NCBI GenBank assembly: GCA_964354985.1
Contig: CAYHBR010000003.1
Coordinates: 4,809-68,808 of the forward strand
Direction: 5' to 3'
Source: an uncultured Candidatus Saccharibacteria bacterium
GTDB lineage: Bacteria > Patescibacteriota > Minisyncoccia > Phycocordibacterales > UBA9973
DNA: 64,000 nucleotides
A program made the position numbers and the translations under genes. The notes beneath the pieces were generated by a model. It saw only the letters and a program-made list of their open reading frames with translations. It made no database searches and was not told the origin of the DNA. Of this stretch, positions 49,753-58,362 are shown one piece after another (position 1 is the stretch's first letter; every line of letters begins with the position of its first letter).

Positions 49753-50652
49753 ATGGAACCAAACGAGATTAAAAAAGAAGACACTCATTCGACTGAAGTT
49801 CGTCATGGACACGGCAAGGGGGATTCACCGCTACGAACTTATTCTACTGACTTAGCCAAAGCTGTTCGTAAAGACGAGATGGCAGTTATCAAAGTTGCGC
49901 TTGAACAAGAGCTTTTGAGAAAAGAAGAGGAATCGACAAATTCTCCTGCCTCTTCTAGAAACAAAACGTATATAACTCTTGGCATATTAATAATTCTTTT
50001 AACTCTTGGTGGAGTTGCGGGAACTTATTATATTAAAAAAAATCGCACACCTGATGTTGTAATAACTGAAACCAAAATTCCTACCCTGATTAACGCCGAG
50101 GGGACAACGAGTATAGAAGTAGGTGGTCTTGCTGATAGTAAGATTATTGAAATAACAAAAAGCACTATTGCAAATGTCGCCGGACAAGAAAACCAAATTA
50201 CTAACATCTATTTTACTGATTCACGCTCTGGTGCGAAAAAAATTATTCCGACGAATGAATTCCTAGCGGGAATGAAATCGGCAATTCCACAGGCGCTAAT
50301 TCAAACTCTTTCTGCAAACTTTATGCTCGGATTGTTTACAAAAGATAATTTACACCATCCTTTCTTGATTTTAAAAACCAATGATTTCCAAACTGCTTTT
50401 GCCAATATGTACGATTGGGAGAAAAATCTTTTCAGCGACTTTTTCTTACCATTTAGCCTACCTAGCAATGCTGATAACTTCACAACCAAGTGGACCGACT
50501 TATTGGTAGAAAATAAAGACACGAGAGTATTAAAACAAGATGATGGGACAATAATTTTGCTTTATGGATTTGCTGATGATAAAACCCTAATTATCACCGA
50601 TGGCCAGGAAAGCTTCAAAGAGGTAATAACTAGGGTTCAGAGCACCAGATAG
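49753..50652 (+). CDS. Hypothetical single-pass membrane protein
   Basis: 299 aa: a charged cytoplasmic N-terminus, a TM helix (ITLGILIILLTLGGVAGTYYI), and a ~200-aa extracytoplasmic domain. Confidence 0.5.
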   Translation: MEPNEIKKEDTHSTEVRHGHGKGDSPLRTYSTDLAKAVRKDEMAVIKVALEQELLRKEEESTNSPASSRNKTYITLGILIILLTLGGVAGTYYIKKNRTPDVVITETKIPTLINAEGTTSIEVGGLADSKIIEITKSTIANVAGQENQITNIYFTDSRSGAKKIIPTNEFLAGMKSAIPQALIQTLSANFMLGLFTKDNLHHPFLILKTNDFQTAFANMYDWEKNLFSDFFLPFSLPSNADNFTTKWTDLLVENKDTRVLKQDDGTIILLYGFADDKTLIITDGQESFKEVITRVQSTR

Positions 50653-50692
50653 TTTCTTATTGATTTCAACTGTTTGTGGTATAGTATTCGAT

Positions 50693-51046
50693 ATGAAAAA
50701 CGACGCAATGCGCAAAAAACTAGAAGAAGAGAAGGTTATTTTAATCAATGAATTGAAAGAAATTGGTGTCGTCGTTGATGCCGAAACAGGTGACTGGGAA
50801 GCGGTACCGGAGAAGCAGATGCCGACTGCAGACGACAATGACCTAGCTGACAAGTTTGAGTCTTACGAAGAAAGAAGTGATATGCTGAAAACCCTCGAAA
50901 CACGTTTCAGAGAAATCACTTCCGCACTCGCAAAGATGGACAGCTCGGGTTTTGGAATTTGTGAAGTCTGCAGAGCTCCGATCGAGTCCGACAGAATGGA
51001 AGCCAATCCAGCAGCTGGTACATGTAAAGCACATATGAATAAGTAG
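50693..51046 (+). CDS. DksA/TraR-family C4-type zinc-finger protein
   Basis: CEVCRAPIESDRMEANPAAGTCKAH zinc-finger spacing preceded by a coiled-coil region. The start is taken at MKNDAMRKK. Confidence 0.68.
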   Translation: MKNDAMRKKLEEEKVILINELKEIGVVVDAETGDWEAVPEKQMPTADDNDLADKFESYEERSDMLKTLETRFREITSALAKMDSSGFGICEVCRAPIESDRMEANPAAGTCKAHMNK

Positions 51047-51050
51047 TTAA

Positions 51051-51090
51051 ACGAAAAATCCCGCATCGAATGATGCGGGATTTTTCGTTT
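51051..51090 (+). terminator. Intrinsic terminator
   Basis: cgaaaaatcccgcatc-gaat-gatgcgggatttttcg. Confidence 0.7.
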
Positions 51091-51148
51091 ATAAATTTCT
51101 TTAGAAAAAATTTATCACGCCTTCATCTCACCTAAATAAAATATTCGT

Positions 51149-52690
51149 ATGGCATTTTCAAAAGTATTTGGCGCACAAGTCACAGGACTACACGGTAGTA
51201 TTGTCAGGGTAGAAGTCGACCGCACTCGCGGATTACATACATTCAACATTGTTGGACTAGCCAGCAAAGCAGTAGATGAATCACGCGAAAGAGTATCTTC
51301 TGCTTTAAAAAATTCGGGTTTTGAAAATATAAAATCTCAAAACCAAAAAATAATTTTGTCTCTTTCTCCGTCTGACTTACGAAAAGAAGGCTCTTTTTTT
51401 GACATAGCAATGGCCATTGCGCTACTCCTTTCAAGTGGCGAGCTACGCGCTAAAACTGATGAAATAATTTTTGTCGGAGAACTTTCTCTGGACGGTAGCC
51501 TGCGTCCTGTTCGCGGAATATTGCCGATAGCGATTGAAGCAAATAAAGCTGGTTTTAAAACAATTATTGTCCCGCAAGAAAATGCAGACGAAGCCAGTTT
51601 GGTCGATGAAATAAAAGTATTTGGCGCAAAAAATATAATAGAGATTGTTTCAGCTTTAGAAAAAAACATAATTCCGGAACACCACCGCGACGACGTCGAT
51701 ATTATCACAGAAAAACAGGAAATAGACTTTGCGGATATTTGCGGACAAGAAAGTGCAAAGCGTGGACTTGTTGTTGCAGCTGCAGGAGGACACAATGTTC
51801 TTATGTTCGGACCTCCTGGAACAGGTAAAACAATGCTCTCAAAAGCTTTCGCCGGAATACTACCACCACTTTCCCGGGCTGATGCGCTTTCTGTAACAGG
51901 AATTCATTCAGCTGTCGGCAAACTAAAACAAACTCTTATCAATTTTCCTCCTATCAGATCGCCTCACCATTCCTCATCTTACACAGCAATGATTGGCGGA
52001 GGTGCTTACCCAAAACCAGGGGAAGTTACCCTCGCACACAAAGGAATCTTGTTTCTTGATGAATTCCCAGAATTCGACCGTCGAGTAATAGAGTCACTCC
52101 GAGAACCACTCGAAGAACATGTTGTAAATATTTCAAGGTCAAAAAATTCTGAAACTTTCCCTTCACATTTTATTTTAATAACCGCAATGAATCCCTGTCC
52201 ATGTGGTTTTTATGGCTCAAAAATACGCAATTGCTCTTGTTCTCCCTACGACATTATTCGTTATCGAAAAAAAATATCTGGGCCAATATTAGACCGAATA
52301 GATATAACCTTGCCGATTGAACATATTTCTTATGACAAATTGAGTGAAATAAATAAAGTAATAGGAAAAGACAAAGCGATGACCTCGATTGAAATACGCG
52401 AGCAAGTGATGTGTGCCCGAACAAGACAAAAACAAAGACTGCGGTCGCTTGGTATAGACAAAGAAACAAACTCCGAACTCAATTCAAAGGAATTGGAGAA
52501 ATCAGCTCCACTTTCAGAGCCAATCAGAATGCTTTTAAATTTAAGCGCGGAAAAATTGGCACTTTCTGTGCGCGCATATCATAGAGTAATTCGTATTGCT
52601 CGAACTATTGCGGATCTAGAAGATTCAGAGAAAATATCCGAGCGCCATATTCTCGAAGCCTTGCAATATAGACCGAAAATTATGAACTAA
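51149..52690 (+). CDS. YifB/ComM-family Mg-chelatase-like AAA+ ATPase
   Basis: 513 aa with N-terminal Lon-like/ChlI domain, Walker A GPPGTGKT, and the YifB-type N-terminus. Confidence 0.85.
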   Translation: MAFSKVFGAQVTGLHGSIVRVEVDRTRGLHTFNIVGLASKAVDESRERVSSALKNSGFENIKSQNQKIILSLSPSDLRKEGSFFDIAMAIALLLSSGELRAKTDEIIFVGELSLDGSLRPVRGILPIAIEANKAGFKTIIVPQENADEASLVDEIKVFGAKNIIEIVSALEKNIIPEHHRDDVDIITEKQEIDFADICGQESAKRGLVVAAAGGHNVLMFGPPGTGKTMLSKAFAGILPPLSRADALSVTGIHSAVGKLKQTLINFPPIRSPHHSSSYTAMIGGGAYPKPGEVTLAHKGILFLDEFPEFDRRVIESLREPLEEHVVNISRSKNSETFPSHFILITAMNPCPCGFYGSKIRNCSCSPYDIIRYRKKISGPILDRIDITLPIEHISYDKLSEINKVIGKDKAMTSIEIREQVMCARTRQKQRLRSLGIDKETNSELNSKELEKSAPLSEPIRMLLNLSAEKLALSVRAYHRVIRIARTIADLEDSEKISERHILEALQYRPKIMN

Positions 52691-52708
52691 AAAACCTTAC
52701 CTGAGAAT

Positions 52709-53896
52709 TTATTCGCAAGACTTCAAGCAATTGTTTGGCGCACCGCGAACTTCATAGTGAACGTGTGGTCCAGTAGAGCGACCAGTTGATCCAACAAGTC
52801 CTATTATCTGACCCTGAGTCACAACTTCGCCGATTTCAACTTTAGTTGATGTCATGTGAGCATACAATGTTTGTATTCCACCTTCGTGCTCAATGGCAAC
52901 ATATTTACCATAGCCACCATTATAACCAGTCGGTTTTACGAGAATAACTGTGCCGGAAGAAGAAGCTAAAATAGGTGTTCCTATTGGAGCAGCAATATCT
53001 ATTGCCCACTTGTCGTGCATCCCCTGGGAAAGTCTTCCTATTCCAATTTCTATTGGACGGATAAAATCTGAGCTATCGCCAACACTTGTTTTTGGCCTAA
53101 CAAGCGTTCCAAATATTGGAGACGGGGCAGTAGGTGTGTCTGTTTCTTGAATATCCAATTTTTCAGGAATATTAATTTTTTCCGGAGTAATTTTTACTGG
53201 AATAGTAGTTGTCTTAGCTTGAGCAGTCACTGTTTGAGGCTGAGAAAGTTCTGCCCCTGGAATAATTATCTTTTTACCGGCAATTAAAGTTTTGTCGCTT
53301 ATATCATTGTAGTCGCGAATATCTGAAATCTCTGATCCATATTTTGTCGCTATGTCCGAGATAGTGTCACCTTTGCGTACAGTGTACTGAATACCGGAAA
53401 CAGGTAAAATAGCCAAAACGTCACCTACAACGAGCGCACCCTTTCGGTCTAGGTTATTTGCCCAAATAACAGTATTGATAGAAACTCCAAATTTACCAGC
53501 AATCGACGAGATAGTGTCTCCGCTTTTTACTTTATAGGTTTGAATAGTTACGTTCCCCGTGTCTTCGGACACAGAACTGTTTGAGGAAAAAGATTCTGGA
53601 TCGTCTGAAAGAGGGTTGTCGTTTGCAATAAGAGCTGACTCATCCGTTATATTATCAATTCCGCCCTGACCATTTAAAGTAGGAGAGAAGGATGCTTCCA
53701 AGATTCTCATTTTTTGAATTGGGGTCTGATTTTCAACAACAGTCTTGCCTGAAGCTGTTTTAAACAAAGAAAATACACTAGCTTTGGCAATGCCGACGGA
53801 GGAAGTAGAGGCGACTAAAATTACCGCAAGTGGGAAAATACTAGCAGAATTTCTAAATAGTCTTATGAATGAAGGGTTTTTTGACGAACCCGGCAT
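52709..53896 (-). CDS. LysM-domain M23-family peptidase
   Basis: Two LysM repeats (YKVKSGDTISSIAGKFGVS; YTVRKGDTISDIATKYGSE) and an M23 catalytic core (...YAHMTS...GSTGRSTGPHVHYEV); signal/TM. Confidence 0.85.
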   Translation of the reverse strand: MPGSSKNPSFIRLFRNSASIFPLAVILVASTSSVGIAKASVFSLFKTASGKTVVENQTPIQKMRILEASFSPTLNGQGGIDNITDESALIANDNPLSDDPESFSSNSSVSEDTGNVTIQTYKVKSGDTISSIAGKFGVSINTVIWANNLDRKGALVVGDVLAILPVSGIQYTVRKGDTISDIATKYGSEISDIRDYNDISDKTLIAGKKIIIPGAELSQPQTVTAQAKTTTIPVKITPEKINIPEKLDIQETDTPTAPSPIFGTLVRPKTSVGDSSDFIRPIEIGIGRLSQGMHDKWAIDIAAPIGTPILASSSGTVILVKPTGYNGGYGKYVAIEHEGGIQTLYAHMTSTKVEIGEVVTQGQIIGLVGSTGRSTGPHVHYEVRGAPNNCLKSCE

Positions 53897-53924
53897 TTTT
53901 TTAGGTGAGGGTAAAATAAGCCTA

Positions 53925-54245
53925 ATTATTTTATTCCTTCGATTTGCTTCTAAAAAAGGATGTTTTTCCTTCCTTTAGAGCGCGTAGAGTCCGACCATAG
54001 GTGCTCTCCGCTACAAAACAAGGAATATAAGGGTATTTCTGGACTTTCTGAAAAAAGCGTTATTATATAAGGCTTTTATGCAACCGTAATCAACGTCTTT
54101 CCTGTGGTAAAGATATGGTAACGCGCCAAAAAGCTGGAGTCAACGGGGTGCGTGTGTTGTAATTTTTCTTGCAATTTTGCAGATTTAATATTTACCAACA
54201 TCTTTTCCGACAACAGCAGGCTTCGGCTGATATAATAAATGACAT
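53925..54245 (+). ncRNA. rnpB: Candidate RNase P RNA (divergent bacterial type); needs covariance-model confirmation
   Basis: A 350-nt gene-free gap. AGAGUCCGACCAUAGG parallels the P4 5' strand AAGUCCGGGCUCCAUAGG. GUGGUAAAG...GGUAACGCGCC parallels the conserved GGGUGAAA / GGUAAGAGCGCACC block. ACAGCAGGCUUCGGCU parallels ACAGAACCCGGCUUAUCGG and can pair with the P4 5' strand. Order and spacing are E. coli-like; the P1 pairing was not verified. Confidence 0.35.
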
Positions 54246-54929
54246 ATGACACACGAATTCACTAATGACGATGGTGCCCCCGTCAAAAACGAGGAAGCGA
54301 CAGCATCCCCGACCGACAACAAAGAGAATCTTGCAAATATTTCGGACGAAAAATCAAAACAGACAACTGCCGTAAACGACGAACTGATCGGTCTTGAAAT
54401 GTTACTAAAAAGCAAAGAAGCCAGCCTCAAAGAAAAGGAAGGGAAAATAGCAGAACTGAAAGGGCGAATAATGTCCTCAATAAACATCGCTCCTTTAAAA
54501 GAAGCAGGAGAAGACCGTGAGAAAAAAGCAGAGGAGTATATCTCAAACGAAGAAATAGAAGCGGAAATAATGGAGCAATTGAGCCCACTTTTTCAGGCAA
54601 ACAAATGGGAGGTAAACGAATTTAAAATCTCTCCCTCGAGTGATAGTCTCCATATATATTTATCGGTAATGACAAAGAACGGGCTTTCAGAAAAAGTTAA
54701 TTGCTATGTTAAGCTAAGCAATGATGGTCTTGGAATTTCTCCGGTTGAGAAAAAAACAAAAGTAACCGTAAATAATATTTTTATCAAGAAAAAAATAAAG
54801 TCGGAAATCGAAATGCCCTTTGATGAGATAACCAGAAACATATTAGAATATCTCGAAACAAAAAAGTATAATAAGAAGGTTAAACAAATAATGATCTCGG
54901 GCGGTAAATTGAAAGTAATGTTTGCGTAA
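54246..54929 (+). CDS. Hypothetical protein
   Basis: 227-aa ORF with an acidic N-terminus; no family recognised. The start is uncertain. Confidence 0.42.
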   Translation: MTHEFTNDDGAPVKNEEATASPTDNKENLANISDEKSKQTTAVNDELIGLEMLLKSKEASLKEKEGKIAELKGRIMSSINIAPLKEAGEDREKKAEEYISNEEIEAEIMEQLSPLFQANKWEVNEFKISPSSDSLHIYLSVMTKNGLSEKVNCYVKLSNDGLGISPVEKKTKVTVNNIFIKKKIKSEIEMPFDEITRNILEYLETKKYNKKVKQIMISGGKLKVMFA

Positions 54930-54934
54930 GAAAT

Positions 54935-57900
54935 ATGAACGAAAATAAACCACTCAAAAATGAATACGGCAATAACGATAATGAAAAAATCAATGAAGAA
55001 TTGCGCAACTTGGAATCTGAAATAAATAACGACAAAAAAGATATTGAGGATTTGAAAGCAAAAAAGGAAGAAATCCTAAGCAAAAAACCGATTGACCCGA
55101 TGAATATATCTGATGATGACATTGAAAGAATATCTAAAAAGATTGCAAACGAGGCTCACGCTAAATTTACCAACACTGAGAAAAAAGATGATGGTATTTC
55201 AGTCGGCAAAGAGACTATCGCTATTCCGAAAGGCCGAATACAGGAGCTTGTTGACAATGGGATGAAAAAGTCTGAAGCGATAGAAGAGGCAAAGAAAGAA
55301 ATACTTGAAAAGTTAGACAGCAGTGCAAACAATCAAAATGAAACAAACAACATTAAGCAAGAGAAAGTAAAGCAAGCTGACAAAAAAGAAAATGTCGTAG
55401 AAGCACCAAAGCTGAAACTCGAGGGCGAGACATTTATTATCAACGGACAAGCTGTGACAGTAGAAAGTACACAGGGTAATGGTAAGTTTATGGTTCGTAG
55501 CATTTCTACTGGAAAAATTGAGCAAGTTGATTCTAAGGAAATAGAGAATTCCGCAAAAGAAAGGGACATTGGTCTGAAGGAAAAATTTAAAAATCGTTTT
55601 GGTTTTTCTGAAAAGGAGATCTTGGAGCTTGACCAAAATCCTGAATACCAAAAACTTTCTTTCGGACAAAAGCGTTTTGTGCTCGACTCACTCACCACTT
55701 CAACTATCGAGAAAATTGAGGAAGTTTCTGATAAAAACTACAAGCAAAAAACTGCCAGCAAGGGTTTTTTTGGCCGATTCGTCAACAACATGTTTAGAGA
55801 GACAAAAATGTCTGGCGTAAGGAAACGTGTTTATGATGAAATAAAAAATGGTGGTTACGAAAATCAAAAAGAAAGCATCAATGCTATCATTGCTCGCGCT
55901 GATGCGATGGGTGTACCAATGATAGAAAACGAAAAAGGTGAGCTTGAAGTACAATATGCGGAACAGATAACAGGAATGCTGAAAAACAACCCGAAGTCTC
56001 TGTGGGCGCAAAGAGCATTCAACCAAGCGGCGACAGATCTTCACAATATTCCGCCAGAGTGGGAAAGCGAAACAGCAACAAGAGGGCAAAGAGCAGAAGC
56101 TAAAGTTCGAAAAGATATTTACGACGCAAGGAGACAAGCTTGTTTTTCTTTTAACAAAGACGGCGGTGAGATAGCTTCAGAAGAAATGCTTGAGCAATCT
56201 TCACTTGTTGACTGCAAGGTAAACCTCAACAGACTGATGAATTCGAATCCGGGAAATGAGAAAATGCTCAACCAGCTCAATCGATATTCATCTGGTGGGA
56301 TTTTAAAAAATATAGCTAAAGATCTAATTTTTAAAGAAAATCGTCTGACAAATATGGGAATTGGAATGGGAATAAGAGGTATAACAAAATATTTCGAAGT
56401 CGCAGGACTTGCTTCTGCCGGAATAGTCTCTGGCGCTGTCGGGGGAATAAAGGGATATGACAAGGCAAGAAACATGGTTCGTGATGACGAAAACAAACTC
56501 CGTCGCGGAGCGGAAACCGACTCCAAAGGCCGAGCATCGGAAATGCTCAAATTAGAGGAAAGAAGCAAAGGGGCAAAACACAATAGTTATATCGACAAAA
56601 TAAATGGCATTATCAAAAAAATCGAGACGGCCGATGAAAAAGGTGACGAGGAAAGTGCTGTGTTTTATAAAACAATGCTCAAAAATCGCGTGGACTATGC
56701 GCTTGACCGAGCTAGTAAAGGTAAAGTTACTTTTGGCGACAGCAGTGTTCGTCTGGGAAATCAGGCAGCTTTTACTTCTGCGATAAATATGGGTGCTTCA
56801 TATAGTCTCGCTGCAGACCCGAAAATTATGGAAAAATACCAAGAGCGAATGACTGGTCTTATTGAAAACGATCTTTCTAAAGATGCGGGAAAAAGAGCTG
56901 AGCAAAAAAAGTTTGTCAGGAATTTTACCATCAGAAACGCCGCTCTCGGCGTCGCATTTGGAATGGTTGGTTATGCCGCCAGAGATGTCATAAATGCACT
57001 TCGTGAAGCCGGGGGAGTTGAGCATATTGCCGAAGCAATAAAAAATACTGGCACTGTCCCTGCAACGGAAATACCAAATACGACTATTCCTCCACACGAA
57101 CCTTTTACTATCAAACACGAAATCCCGGGCGATGCCTACATAAAGAAAGGCGAGGGGATTGAAAATGCGCTCCGTAGGCAAATCGAACACAATCCTGATA
57201 TGGCAAAAAAACTTGGTTGGGACGGCAAAACTCCACTTCACAAATTCTCTGGTGGTGCTGCCCACAGACTTGCCACAGAAGAGGGTTATGTTGATCCAAA
57301 AACTGGAAGCGAGACTCGTGTAAGGTTTACTGGTGACAAAGATTCTTTTTATGAAATAAAAAAACAAGCTGACGGTTCTTATGACATAGAAGAAGGAAAT
57401 GGTAGTACTTACGCTGATAGCGACACCAATGAATATATTTACAAAAACGGAGTTAAAACTGGGGTCATAGAACAACAAAGTTTGACTGGCACTGAAGTCG
57501 AAACAAACGACGGAAATATCGAGGCAAACGACGCCGTATCTGAAACAAATGATGGAACGGTAGAGACCAACGATGGTAATATTGAAACCAACGACGGCAA
57601 TGTCGAAACTAAAATCTCACCAGAAGCAGAAAGCCATGCTTCTTCTGTCGCAAAAGTTCAATATGGAAAATCACTCAACAATAGTGAGCACGTCGGAGAT
57701 GGTACAAGACACAGAAACTACCTCACGCCACAAAAATCAGACAATAGTCAGTGGGAAAACTATGTAGCCAACAAAAAAAATCACGGCTCAAATTATTTAA
57801 CACCACAAGGCCAAAATGCTTATTACCAACAAGGCAATTCTGAAAACTTTATACAAAACGATAAATTTGGTTTTCCTCGTTCACACAACGGTGAGTATTT

Positions 57901-58348
57901 CCGAACAGTGAAAATCGACGGGAAAGATACTCTTGTGAACACACATAGTACAAATGTTTCAAGTATGTTTGATGGAAAAGTAAATAGACAATATAGTCGA
58001 CTTATTGGTGATACATTTGGTGAACGCAACGCGATGACGGGTGATGTCGAAGTCAATCGAGAAATAAATAACATGCTTCGTTCAAACATAGCCGAAGATG
58101 ATATTCATTCTAAAGCAGGTGAAAATGCCAGCGAGAATGCGAAAAATTATTACAATATTATCCAAAGTGTCCACGAAAAATCCGGACTTGAACCAAGAGA
58201 AGGCGAGCCAACAAGTCTTTACATCAGAGAAGCGCTCCAGAAAATGAAAGATGACGGCGTAAATATCAGAAAGTTTATTTCAAATATTCTCGACCATGAT
58301 TCCGTAAAACATATCAACAAGAATGTTGTCGACGATGTCTATAGATAG
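54935..58348 (+). CDS. Giant hypothetical protein (1137 aa) with coiled-coil, Gly-rich hydrophobic segments and ETNDGN tandem repeats
   Basis: A long uninterrupted ORF. K/E/N-rich coiled coil. Two Gly-rich hydrophobic stretches (GIGMGIRGITKYFEVAGLASAGIVSGAVGGIKG; NAALGVAFGMVGYAARDV). Five degenerate 7-aa ETNDGNI/V repeats and a duplicated NYLTPQ motif. Confidence 0.6.
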   Translation: MNENKPLKNEYGNNDNEKINEELRNLESEINNDKKDIEDLKAKKEEILSKKPIDPMNISDDDIERISKKIANEAHAKFTNTEKKDDGISVGKETIAIPKGRIQELVDNGMKKSEAIEEAKKEILEKLDSSANNQNETNNIKQEKVKQADKKENVVEAPKLKLEGETFIINGQAVTVESTQGNGKFMVRSISTGKIEQVDSKEIENSAKERDIGLKEKFKNRFGFSEKEILELDQNPEYQKLSFGQKRFVLDSLTTSTIEKIEEVSDKNYKQKTASKGFFGRFVNNMFRETKMSGVRKRVYDEIKNGGYENQKESINAIIARADAMGVPMIENEKGELEVQYAEQITGMLKNNPKSLWAQRAFNQAATDLHNIPPEWESETATRGQRAEAKVRKDIYDARRQACFSFNKDGGEIASEEMLEQSSLVDCKVNLNRLMNSNPGNEKMLNQLNRYSSGGILKNIAKDLIFKENRLTNMGIGMGIRGITKYFEVAGLASAGIVSGAVGGIKGYDKARNMVRDDENKLRRGAETDSKGRASEMLKLEERSKGAKHNSYIDKINGIIKKIETADEKGDEESAVFYKTMLKNRVDYALDRASKGKVTFGDSSVRLGNQAAFTSAINMGASYSLAADPKIMEKYQERMTGLIENDLSKDAGKRAEQKKFVRNFTIRNAALGVAFGMVGYAARDVINALREAGGVEHIAEAIKNTGTVPATEIPNTTIPPHEPFTIKHEIPGDAYIKKGEGIENALRRQIEHNPDMAKKLGWDGKTPLHKFSGGAAHRLATEEGYVDPKTGSETRVRFTGDKDSFYEIKKQADGSYDIEEGNGSTYADSDTNEYIYKNGVKTGVIEQQSLTGTEVETNDGNIEANDAVSETNDGTVETNDGNIETNDGNVETKISPEAESHASSVAKVQYGKSLNNSEHVGDGTRHRNYLTPQKSDNSQWENYVANKKNHGSNYLTPQGQNAYYQQGNSENFIQNDKFGFPRSHNGEYFRTVKIDGKDTLVNTHSTNVSSMFDGKVNRQYSRLIGDTFGERNAMTGDVEVNREINNMLRSNIAEDDIHSKAGENASENAKNYYNIIQSVHEKSGLEPREGEPTSLYIREALQKMKDDGVNIRKFISNILDHDSVKHINKNVVDDVYR

Positions 58349-58362
58349 TAAGCCTGCTGATA

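Noticed and set aside
55313-57478. Several minus-strand ORFs (118-226 aa) inside the 1137-aa gene
   Set aside because: They are antisense shadows of a Lys/Glu-rich coding region. They have no start context or conservation signal.
57480-57610. ~21-bp tandem DNA repeats; also the Gly-rich repeats at 22330-22440, as a possible CRISPR array
   Set aside because: The repeats are in-frame coding repeats (ETNDGNI heptads; poly-Gly) inside long ORFs. There are no regularly spaced unique spacers and no cas genes.
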